In this document: positions 47,837 through 56,078 of the stretch, piece after piece | Numbering within the stretch: the first letter of the stretch is position 1 | How the letters are laid out: each line of letters opens with the position of its first letter | IMG/VR virus record: IMGVR_UViG_3300033120_000387 | Coordinates: 1 to 64,000 of that record | From: a virus | Taxonomy: Duplodnaviria > Caudoviricetes | Length of the DNA: 64,000 nt | Direction: 5' to 3' (one strand) | The notes under the pieces: generated by a model | Database searches by the model: none | Told to the model about the DNA's origin: nothing | Seen by the model: only the letters and a program-made list of their open reading frames with translations | Position numbers and translations under genes: made by a program

Positions 47837-47992
47837 ATGAGCGCAACAGCAAATGCTTATAAGAATTTATATGATAAAGAGAGAGTAGATAAAGTCGGAC
47901 TTCGTAGAGCAGTTATGAGAAAACTTATAACAGCAGAAGAATACCAAGAAATAACAGGTGAAGTTTACAATATAGATAATCAGGAGGTATAA
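47837..47992 (+). CDS. XkdX-like protein (51 aa, absent from the ORF track)
   Basis: LITAEEYQEITGEVY motif; SD GGAGG. Confidence 0.75.
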   Translation: MSATANAYKNLYDKERVDKVGLRRAVMRKLITAEEYQEITGEVYNIDNQEV

Positions 47993-47993
47993 T

Positions 47994-49157
47994 ATGACTA
48001 CATCAGCAAAACAGCAAGATTTAGATAGGCAATTGCCTTTAATGGGTGTGGATAGATGGCGCAATCAAAACTACAATAAGCGCACTATAAATGTATGGAA
48101 TATAGAAAATGATGCAGGACATGGTGCTTGCACAGGTCAAATTGTACTTGATGTTAATCCATATGCTAATGTGTATTTTGGCGCAATAAGTGGATTATTC
48201 GACAGTGAAAAAATCTTAGATTTAACAGTACATGATGATAAAAATGGGATTGACTTTAAGGGAGTTTCGGCAATAGAAGATTTTATAAAAAAGTATAACA
48301 TAGATATAATAACATCATCTCAAAAAGGCTTTACACATTGCAAGGAGTGGAATGATTTATGGGTTGAATTAGTAAAAAAATACAATCTTGTAATTTGTCA
48401 GTGTGCGGCTAATGAAGGGTATAATCCAGAAGATAGCAAAGATACAACAGACGCAAAATTCCCGACTGAAATATCTCATGTTGTAGCCGCCTTAGAATAT
48501 ATAAATTATGCAAGTGGTGCTGTAATACAAAGAGCAAATTATTCAAGCGTAGGCGAGGATTTAGATTTTGCACAACTTGTATTATGGTATAGTGGCACAT
48601 CAGCGGCAACTCCCGCATTAGCAGGTCAAGTAAGTATGATTATGCAAAGATATGGTAAAATGAGTTTGCAAGAATCTCATCAATATCTTAAAATGATATC
48701 CACAGATTTAGATATAAAAGGGCATGATAAATTTACAGGTTGGGGTATGCCAGTATTGCCTAATTGGGATAAAAAATATATCACAATGACAACTAAAAGT
48801 AATACTTATTATGTTGATGGTGAAGCCAAAACAATGGACACAAAACCTATAAATAAAGAAGGTAGAATATTCGTGCCTATACGAGTAATATCTGAGTCAT
48901 TGGGCGCAGAAGTTCAATGGGAATTTAATGCCGACAAATCCATAAAAGTTACTATCACAAAGGGCAATAACATCATAGTTTTAAATACAGGTAATGAAAT
49001 AGCATATATAAATGGCAAGAAAATATACATTGATGTTGCGCCATTTATAGACAGCAACAATCGTACACTTGTACCAATTAGGTTTTTGGCTGAGTGCCTA
49101 AATTGTAGAGTAGATTGGATTCAGTCAGAAGCTAAGGTTCAAATATTGGAGGTGTAA
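47994..49157 (+). CDS. S8 (subtilase) serine peptidase fused to a copper-amine-oxidase-N-like (stalk) domain
   Basis: GHG, AANEG, SGTSAATP; GRIFVPIRVISESLGAEVQW and NRTLVPIRFLAE repeats. Confidence 0.85.
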   Translation: MTTSAKQQDLDRQLPLMGVDRWRNQNYNKRTINVWNIENDAGHGACTGQIVLDVNPYANVYFGAISGLFDSEKILDLTVHDDKNGIDFKGVSAIEDFIKKYNIDIITSSQKGFTHCKEWNDLWVELVKKYNLVICQCAANEGYNPEDSKDTTDAKFPTEISHVVAALEYINYASGAVIQRANYSSVGEDLDFAQLVLWYSGTSAATPALAGQVSMIMQRYGKMSLQESHQYLKMISTDLDIKGHDKFTGWGMPVLPNWDKKYITMTTKSNTYYVDGEAKTMDTKPINKEGRIFVPIRVISESLGAEVQWEFNADKSIKVTITKGNNIIVLNTGNEIAYINGKKIYIDVAPFIDSNNRTLVPIRFLAECLNCRVDWIQSEAKVQILEV

Positions 49158-49158
49158 T

Positions 49159-49788
49159 ATGGCTATTATATTTAATAGTCTGCCTGTCAAACCTTTAAGA
49201 ATAACAAGTTATTACGGTAAAAGGAATACTAATATAAGTGGGGCATCTACTTTTCATGAAGGAATAGATTTAGGTTACAATAAATCTCTATCCCAAACCC
49301 CTATATTATCTGTGGTAAGTGGTACGGTGTCTGATAATTATTGGAACGACTATCGGGGTTGGGTTATTGTTATAAATCATGGAGAATTTAAAACGCTATA
49401 TCAGCATTTAAAATCTCAATCACCTTTAAAAAAGGGCGATAAAGTTACCACAGGACAGCAAATAGGCATAATGGGTGATAGTAGTAATCCAAATAAATTA
49501 AACATATCGACTCATTTACATTTTGAATTGATATATAATAATGAAAGCATTAACCCCTTGTATTATTTAAGAAATATAAAGGAGGTGGAAGATTTGACAA
49601 GAGAGGAAACGATAGCACTAATCAAAGAAATATTAGCATCACAAGATGTTAAGGCGTCAGATTGGGCGAAAAAATATTGGACACAAGCAACATCTGAAGG
49701 ATTAGTTGACGGCACTCGACCAAGAGGATATCTTACAAGAGAGGAAATGGTTAAAGTGTTGTTGACGGAAAGGAGTAAAAGGAAATGA
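49159..49788 (+). CDS. M23 peptidase endolysin with SLH-like C-terminus
   Basis: ITSYYG, HEGID, YQHL, HLHFE; SDWA...GLVDGTRP...LTREE. Confidence 0.88.
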   Translation: MAIIFNSLPVKPLRITSYYGKRNTNISGASTFHEGIDLGYNKSLSQTPILSVVSGTVSDNYWNDYRGWVIVINHGEFKTLYQHLKSQSPLKKGDKVTTGQQIGIMGDSSNPNKLNISTHLHFELIYNNESINPLYYLRNIKEVEDLTREETIALIKEILASQDVKASDWAKKYWTQATSEGLVDGTRPRGYLTREEMVKVLLTERSKRK

Positions 49789-50144
49789 TAGAGCAAATAG
49801 TAACAAATTTAATATGGGTAGGTTATGCTATGGGGATATTATCTATAGCATGGCTATCTAATTTTGTGCTTAGTATATATTGTAATATAAAAGTGCTGAA
49901 TGAGTTATTTGATATAAAAAGAATGATTAGCGGCATTGAAAAGCTATTAGCATTATGTATAGGCATAGGTCTTTTAAGCCTTGTAATCACCGTATTTCCT
50001 ATTTATATGGCATATGTAGGCATTCCTATTGCCGAAGAATATATAAGCGTTTTTAGCATAGGTACAATAGTCGTTTTGTTCGGTAATAGTACGATAAAGT
50101 ATACTACACAAGCATATAATACCTTGAAGGACATTTTGAAGTAG
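49785..50144 (+). CDS. Putative holin (3 TM helices)
   Basis: Three hydrophobic segments; last gene of the lysis module. Confidence 0.65.
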   Translation: MIEQIVTNLIWVGYAMGILSIAWLSNFVLSIYCNIKVLNELFDIKRMISGIEKLLALCIGIGLLSLVITVFPIYMAYVGIPIAEEYISVFSIGTIVVLFGNSTIKYTTQAYNTLKDILK

Positions 50145-50156
50145 CATTAAATATTT

Positions 50157-50196
50157 AAAGGGGAGTAGATTCTTAATTGAGTCTACTCCCCTTTTT
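50157..50196. terminator. Bidirectional terminator between the converging late and early arms
   Basis: AAAGGGGAGTAGATT / AGTCTACTCCCCTTTTT. Confidence 0.85.
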
Positions 50197-50213
50197 ACTT
50201 TTTATATCAGTAT

Positions 50214-50426
50214 TTATTCCTCATCTTTTTCAAAATCTCTCTCTAACGCTTCTAATCGTTTGATTTCATTCCACAATTTTATCTTTTTTTCTTGTAAAAT
50301 AGATAAAATTGTGTCCAAGCTAACAGAAGTAATAGAATTTTTAGGGTTATTGTGATAATCGTCTATTTCACAATATGCTTCAACACAACTATTATATGCT
50401 TCTTCTACCATTTGTTTTGTAAACAT
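50214..50426 (-). CDS. Hypothetical protein
   Basis: SD GAGGTG; 70 aa. Confidence 0.6.
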   Translation of the reverse strand: MFTKQMVEEAYNSCVEAYCEIDDYHNNPKNSITSVSLDTILSILQEKKIKLWNEIKRLEALERDFEKDEE

Positions 50427-50442
50427 TAATTTTTCACCTCAT

Positions 50443-50967
50443 TTACTTTCCACTTGCACCCAAGCAACCATCTCCACGCTTACTAGGTATTGCTTGAATT
50501 TCCTCATATGTATATTCCTCAATGTCAGCAAAGGGAACAGATAATAATAGTGCTTGACAAATTGCCTTTTCGTAAGGATATGATATATAGTTAGAATTAA
50601 GTGTTCTTATTCCGAAATATTCAATACCATCATAAGCATTAGAATACTCTTTTTTTATAATTAGTATAGGTTTGTTATTGTGATTAGTGAGGGGTACAAA
50701 CCACTCCCCACGATACCCTGAATCTATAATTCCTGACCTTTGACCTATTCCTTTAGTTCCAGTTGAGCCTCTTTCTTTTAAGACTATAACATAATCAGTA
50801 TCAAAAGCACTACATATTCCTGTAGGTATCATTTTAGTTTCATGTGGTGGGATAATCATATAATCCTCATCAAAACAAGGATAAATATCATATCCTGCAT
50901 TTTCTAAATCTTTACTAGGAATAATCGCTCCCTCTCTAATCTTGGCAAATTTAACTGTTGTTATCAT
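50443..50967 (-). CDS. dut: Trimeric dUTPase
   Basis: AGYD, ERGS, GIIDSGYRGE, ICQ, RGDGCLGASG. Confidence 0.93.
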   Translation of the reverse strand: MITTVKFAKIREGAIIPSKDLENAGYDIYPCFDEDYMIIPPHETKMIPTGICSAFDTDYVIVLKERGSTGTKGIGQRSGIIDSGYRGEWFVPLTNHNNKPILIIKKEYSNAYDGIEYFGIRTLNSNYISYPYEKAICQALLLSVPFADIEEYTYEEIQAIPSKRGDGCLGASGK

Positions 50968-51521
50968 TTTTTACCTTTTCTCCTTTTTAATAATTGTATT
51001 AACTTATAAACCTCATCTAAATTATATACCCTATTTATGTTTTTGTCAACATATTTTTCATTATGTGGTCGTGTATATAATATTTTATCGAAATCACCTT
51101 TTGCAAGATTGTGATATCCATCATCTACTAAACAATCTATGTTTAATAATGACTTATCATTTATCTGTATGATTTGTTCATATTTTATAAACGGAAACAA
51201 AACATGAAATCTTTCAAATTTAGATTTAGGTGTGGTTGGACAAGTTGCTGTTACTATATATAATTCAATATCTTCATCATTTTGTAATAATTGGAGAAAC
51301 TCTTTTGCCCCTTGCGTTGGTTTAACATTTTCCCATAGTCTATCCCATGATAAAAAAGAGTATATGATTGATTTATGTTCATCGGGAATAAATAATGATA
51401 TATCCCAATCGGTAATATCTTGTTGATATAATGGCTCTTTGGCAATTTTGTTATAACACTTTAGCCACTGTTCTAAAGTTTCAAATAATACATCATCTAA
51501 ATCTATGCCTACTTTATAAAT
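50964..51521 (-). CDS. 5'(3')-deoxyribonucleotidase (HAD family), ATT start
   Basis: Frame open from ATT 51521 (GGAGG 7 nt upstream): YKVGIDLDDVL...YIVTA...DKSLL..DCLVDDG. Confidence 0.85.
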   Translation of the reverse strand: MYKVGIDLDDVLFETLEQWLKCYNKIAKEPLYQQDITDWDISLFIPDEHKSIIYSFLSWDRLWENVKPTQGAKEFLQLLQNDEDIELYIVTATCPTTPKSKFERFHVLFPFIKYEQIIQINDKSLLNIDCLVDDGYHNLAKGDFDKILYTRPHNEKYVDKNINRVYNLDEVYKLIQLLKRRKGKK

Positions 51522-51634
51522 ATTAACACCTCCTTTTATTAGTGTTTTTAGGGTAAATTGAGGGTAAATTAGCGACTTTATATCAATGTCGATAGATTAG
51601 TCAATAAAGGATATAAAGTCGCTTAAAATTGTCT

Positions 51635-52270
51635 TTATTTATCTTTTTCTTCTATAACACACCCATCTTTTTCAAGCACAACAATATCACAGCTTTGACT
51701 AATATAGGTATCGTTTTTACAAGCTAATAATATTGCGGTCTGAATTAAACTAACTGCATCGTCACGCTCCATTTTACCAAAATATTCATCTACGGTACAA
51801 TCATCATCTATTTCAATTGTATTCAATAATCCCATAACCATATCTTCGCCACAACCGATAACTGACCAGTTTGGCATTTCTATAACTCCAAAATCACTCA
51901 TTATAGTATAAATATTGTTGTTAGTGGCATAAATAAAACAATTATCTGATGATATAGTGCCGTCTGTATTACGATGTAACACATGATTATCATTTAGATG
52001 TTGTATCAAATTAGGAATTATAACACTTGACATATAAGACAAATCAACCTCAACATCATCTAATATATCTTTATATTCCATAAATTCATCTTTGACCGAC
52101 ATAAGGTTGACAGCTCTTAGTGTGCCAACAGTTCCAATAGCATGATTTGTATATGTGGTTGTTATAATTTTAGTGCAATTATCATAAGATAATCTACCTT
52201 TATATGTGGCTCTATTGTCTGAACCTATAACTACTCCATTTTTATATCTTACTGCTACTACTATACTCAT
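51635..52270 (-). CDS. Ntn-hydrolase, proteasome-beta/HslV-like
   Basis: SIVVAVRYKNGVVIGSDNRAT, KI, IGTVG, VIGCG. Confidence 0.75.
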   Translation of the reverse strand: MSIVVAVRYKNGVVIGSDNRATYKGRLSYDNCTKIITTTYTNHAIGTVGTLRAVNLMSVKDEFMEYKDILDDVEVDLSYMSSVIIPNLIQHLNDNHVLHRNTDGTISSDNCFIYATNNNIYTIMSDFGVIEMPNWSVIGCGEDMVMGLLNTIEIDDDCTVDEYFGKMERDDAVSLIQTAILLACKNDTYISQSCDIVVLEKDGCVIEEKDK

Positions 52271-52753
52271 TTAACTTATCCTCTCTGCATATTGATTATC
52301 GCTAATTAACTCGACCCCTAATACCTTATCATAATGCGGTTTGTTGCCTTGTTTATATCTGCCAAATTTTATAACGATATTAGGTACTTGTTTAAGTTGC
52401 ATTAGATATAATTCAAGTTCGTTGGGGTAATACCCTGTATATATAACAATATCATCCATACATCCATTCGAACGAATGTGGTATATTAAACTCATGACTT
52501 CATCAAATTGGTCAAAGGGTTCAAAACCTGCAATGACTATGGCTTTAGTGATAGGATTGTTGATGTACATATTATATATCTGCTCGTTAGATATATCTAT
52601 ATTAGGCTGTTGAGCCAAAGGGGAATTTTGACATACGGATATATCATATCCCCCTTCAGTACAACATTTGAATGTGCAAGTAGATGTAGATATAAACATA
52701 GAGGGGAGTTTATAATTAGTAAAGTCCTCGACTACTATTGTTTTTAATATCAT
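52271..52753 (-). CDS. nrdG: Anaerobic RNR activase (radical SAM)
   Basis: CTFKC...CQN, GFEPF, IYTGY, KFGRY, SDNQ; adjacent to nrdD. Confidence 0.85.
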   Translation of the reverse strand: MILKTIVVEDFTNYKLPSMFISTSTCTFKCCTEGGYDISVCQNSPLAQQPNIDISNEQIYNMYINNPITKAIVIAGFEPFDQFDEVMSLIYHIRSNGCMDDIVIYTGYYPNELELYLMQLKQVPNIVIKFGRYKQGNKPHYDKVLGVELISDNQYAERIS

Positions 52754-54673
52754 CTAAATACCACCTAACATATCAGCATATTCATACCATTGACGAGTAT
52801 CAAATTCTTTAAACCTATCTTTTGAGTAAGAACGAGTAGGCACAAGGTAGCCCACTATACGCTGGTAAGTATCATATACTCCCTCTCCGCACACAGGACA
52901 AGATTTTGTTCCTACAAAACCATGATGATTTATACATTCGTTAATACGAGTGTTGAAAGCAAAATACATAACTCCATTTTGCGCTATATAGTTTAACATA
53001 TCCCATGCTGAGTCTTTGTCGGGGAAGTTTGAGTCTATATTTATGTGGGCTATTGCACCACCTGAACACTTCTTATCTAAGATAGAACTAAGTCGAATTT
53101 TTTCTTGTATTGTGCATTTTTCCGACAAAGGAATCCATTGATTCGAATAAATAAATTTATCTTTTTTATCATATAACAGATTATCTTTTTGACATAAAAT
53201 AACTGCGGCTCTCTCAGCAGGAACGCTCTCTATGTTGAAACTATATTCATCTGTAAAATTATCTTTTACTTCATTTAGAATCTTAAATATTTTACTTGCC
53301 AAATCAATTCCCTTGTCATCATAAGATTTATATCCTAACTCATCAACACTGATAAAACCAAATGCTTCAACTACTTCATACAAACCTAAGATTCCAACAG
53401 TACAATATTGTTTAGACATTTCTATACCACCATCTTGATAGTTGTGAAGCAGTCCTTTTTCGATATTGCGAGTTATAATGTGTCTAATACAATCCAATGT
53501 TTTACAACATAATTCAGTTCGTTTTTTAAGTAATGAGAGATACTTCTTTTCATCGCCATCTACCTCATAATAAATACGCATAAGATTTATAGTATTTACT
53601 TTAATAGAACCAATTGATAAAGCTGTACCACCTATTGAATTGATAAAAGCATCAAGTTTAGAGGAATCAGATAAGAGTCTACAACAATTACTCAAAACTC
53701 CTACATTATCGCTTATAAAGAAATTACTGTCATTCCATTTAGTATTATGGTCGGAACACCATCTTGCAAACTCAACATCTTGAAACTCTTTATCTTTATA
53801 AAGCAGAGAATATGTCAATACAGGAAATGTAAACATATTTTCAGTTCGAATATCAGAGACAGTTTCCATAAATACTTTTTGATGTTCAATTAATTCATTT
53901 ACATTATCTATTACAAAAGAACCATCGGGATATTCTACACCTCCAAATAATGCTTCGATATAGTGTCTATCAAATATAGAAACATTTACAAATGCTGTTT
54001 GGTCAATACGCATAAATGGCTGATTAAGGCGATATATCAATTTTTGAAAACTTTGTCTAATGTAATAATCTTTATCTTGTATTAGATAGTTAGTATCACA
54101 ATCCTTTTTCCAAAAATAATAAGTCCATATAAGTATATTGGGAATACCAACAGCACCTGAACTTCTGTTACTCATATAAGATATGTATTCGATAACATCA
54201 TCTATAAAAGTAGTCAAATGTTTTGGTGGCTGTGCATTATAGTTGTTAAGGAAAAATAATCCTTCGGTAGCCAAACGGGTCAAATCGTATGCAAAACAAT
54301 ATGGAAAAAAAGAAGTAGTTGGAAAATCATGTAAATAAAACCCTCCGTTATATTCAGTCTTAAACCACTCTTTAGCCGCTTTTAATCCATATTTTTTTTT
54401 CATTTCGTAGAATATTTTATTAGCTACTATGATTTTGTCAATAGATTTTCCCTTTTCACTCATCAGACTACGAATATCTTTGGTAGAAGCATTAGCATTG
54501 GCATCTATTGTGACATCAGCCACATTTTTATCTACAAATCCATCTATGAAATCAGAAAAATTTAACTGCGATTCATGAAATCCATTGAGTATTTCAAAAT
54601 CCTCTCCATACTCATTAGACATTTTTATAAATTCTTTTTCAAAATCTTTGTTCATTTTTAAATTTATTTCCAC
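52754..54673 (-). CDS. nrdD: Class III ribonucleotide reductase (no ATP cone)
   Basis: YLHD, PYC, TFPV, SNCCRL, PAE, CPVC, QRIVGYL glycyl-radical motif. Confidence 0.93.
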   Translation of the reverse strand: MEINLKMNKDFEKEFIKMSNEYGEDFEILNGFHESQLNFSDFIDGFVDKNVADVTIDANANASTKDIRSLMSEKGKSIDKIIVANKIFYEMKKKYGLKAAKEWFKTEYNGGFYLHDFPTTSFFPYCFAYDLTRLATEGLFFLNNYNAQPPKHLTTFIDDVIEYISYMSNRSSGAVGIPNILIWTYYFWKKDCDTNYLIQDKDYYIRQSFQKLIYRLNQPFMRIDQTAFVNVSIFDRHYIEALFGGVEYPDGSFVIDNVNELIEHQKVFMETVSDIRTENMFTFPVLTYSLLYKDKEFQDVEFARWCSDHNTKWNDSNFFISDNVGVLSNCCRLLSDSSKLDAFINSIGGTALSIGSIKVNTINLMRIYYEVDGDEKKYLSLLKKRTELCCKTLDCIRHIITRNIEKGLLHNYQDGGIEMSKQYCTVGILGLYEVVEAFGFISVDELGYKSYDDKGIDLASKIFKILNEVKDNFTDEYSFNIESVPAERAAVILCQKDNLLYDKKDKFIYSNQWIPLSEKCTIQEKIRLSSILDKKCSGGAIAHINIDSNFPDKDSAWDMLNYIAQNGVMYFAFNTRINECINHHGFVGTKSCPVCGEGVYDTYQRIVGYLVPTRSYSKDRFKEFDTRQWYEYADMLGGI

Positions 54674-54891
54674 TACTCACCACTCCTTTCATTAACCCAT
54701 CTAACAGCTTCGCCATATTCCATAAACTTTCCATCTACTTCTAACATAGGAGCACTCATATATCCTTGTGCCATAATAGATTTTACAGCATTTTTGCCGT
54801 CTATAGTTTTATATTCAATTTTTTTATCTTTTAGTTTTTTTTCTAAAATAGTGCATTGAGTACAGTGGGTTGTATATAATGTTATTGTCAT
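54673..54891 (-). CDS. Glutaredoxin/NrdH-like protein
   Basis: CTQC, SAPMLEVDG. Confidence 0.8.
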   Translation of the reverse strand: MTITLYTTHCTQCTILEKKLKDKKIEYKTIDGKNAVKSIMAQGYMSAPMLEVDGKFMEYGEAVRWVNERSGE

Positions 54892-54899
54892 AATCCCTC

Positions 54900-55199
54900 C
54901 TATACAATTCTGCACCAAAAGAGGCGTTCATCAGAAAGTGGTGTATTTTCATTAATTGAAAAATTTACACAAAAGTTTTCTCCATATTCCTTGTTGTAAG
55001 CTTTTACTAAAGTATCAACATGACTAATAGCATTATTAATCTCTGCCCTCTTGTCTATCTTCTCTTTTTCCTTTAGTTCTACAGCTTTAATCTTAGCTTT
55101 TTCTAAACACTCGTTTTCACACTTGTTGCGTTCTGCTACTGTAGGGTGTGACTTGTAACATAAACCACACACATAAGTATTTTTCTTTTTGCCATCCAT
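54900..55199 (-). CDS. Zn-finger hypothetical protein
   Basis: CGLC...CENEC. Confidence 0.65.
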   Translation of the reverse strand: MDGKKKNTYVCGLCYKSHPTVAERNKCENECLEKAKIKAVELKEKEKIDKRAEINNAISHVDTLVKAYNKEYGENFCVNFSINENTPLSDERLFWCRIV

Positions 55200-55251
55200 T
55201 TTTATTATACTTCCTTTCTTATTTTTTTATATCTTAATCGTTATAACGATG

Positions 55252-55431
55252 TTAAGACCATTTGTTAATATCTGTCACTATACCATTTACCATTTTGTGC
55301 CAATATGTTGCACCTTCATATTTTATAATTCTTATAGTAATATTGCCCTCATCTGACTCATAATCTTCTTTTAGCGTTATTTTACCATACCTCAATAGAG
55401 TTTTACTTAATACTAAATTTCGTGCATCCAT
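55252..55431 (-). CDS. Small hypothetical protein
   Basis: SD AAGGAGG before ATG 55431. Confidence 0.6.
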   Translation of the reverse strand: MDARNLVLSKTLLRYGKITLKEDYESDEGNITIRIIKYEGATYWHKMVNGIVTDINKWS

Positions 55432-55445
55432 ATTTATACCCTCCT

Positions 55446-55973
55446 TTATTTTATAAATTTTAAATATTTTTTTTCTATATTTTTTCTTATAAGATAAATA
55501 TATTGGCGTGAGCACCCATATACATCTTTTATAGTGTTTGGGGTTTCTCCTTTTAGTAATCTTATTAATATGTCTTTTTCGAATGTTGTCAACTTTGGTG
55601 CAAATTCCTTTAATAATATTTTAATTTCTGTTTCAGAAAATCCTTTGTTTGCATTAAAATCTGGTATAATGCTTTCATATGTTTCATCGCTTTCATATAT
55701 TGTATCATCTAAGTTTATAAAAGACACCTCATTTCTGTTTCTTTTGTGGCGTGACCAATAGCGTTTATCGCGCTTAATATCTTTAAGCATAATTGTAATA
55801 GCATAAGTTGAAAATTTAGCCACTTCTTGCTTATATGTTAGTGCGGCTTTACATAAAGATAGTGCCAATAAATCATAATATTCATCATTTTCTAAATCAT
55901 ATTTGTTAATTATGAAATATATAAGATTATGATTGTCCTCTACTAGTTTTTGTTGTTCGATAGTTAACTTCAT
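55446..55973 (-). CDS. Sigma-70 family sigma factor-like protein
   Basis: LVEDNHNLIY, LCKAALTY, KFSTYA; C-terminal HTH (GCSRQYI). Confidence 0.85.
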   Translation of the reverse strand: MKLTIEQQKLVEDNHNLIYFIINKYDLENDEYYDLLALSLCKAALTYKQEVAKFSTYAITIMLKDIKRDKRYWSRHKRNRNEVSFINLDDTIYESDETYESIIPDFNANKGFSETEIKILLKEFAPKLTTFEKDILIRLLKGETPNTIKDVYGCSRQYIYLIRKNIEKKYLKFIK

Positions 55974-56001
55974 ATAATCCTCCTTTCTTATTGTTAAGTG
56001 T

Positions 56002-56030
56002 ATTATATCATAAATTGGTTAGGTTGTCAA
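56002..56030 (-). promoter_or_regulatory. sigma-A promoter for the sigma/nrd operon
   Basis: TTGACA-17 nt-TG-N-TATAAT. Confidence 0.85.
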
Positions 56031-56078
56031 GAATTAATCTGTAATTTCCACTTCATATTATATTTTTCACCTGTTCTA

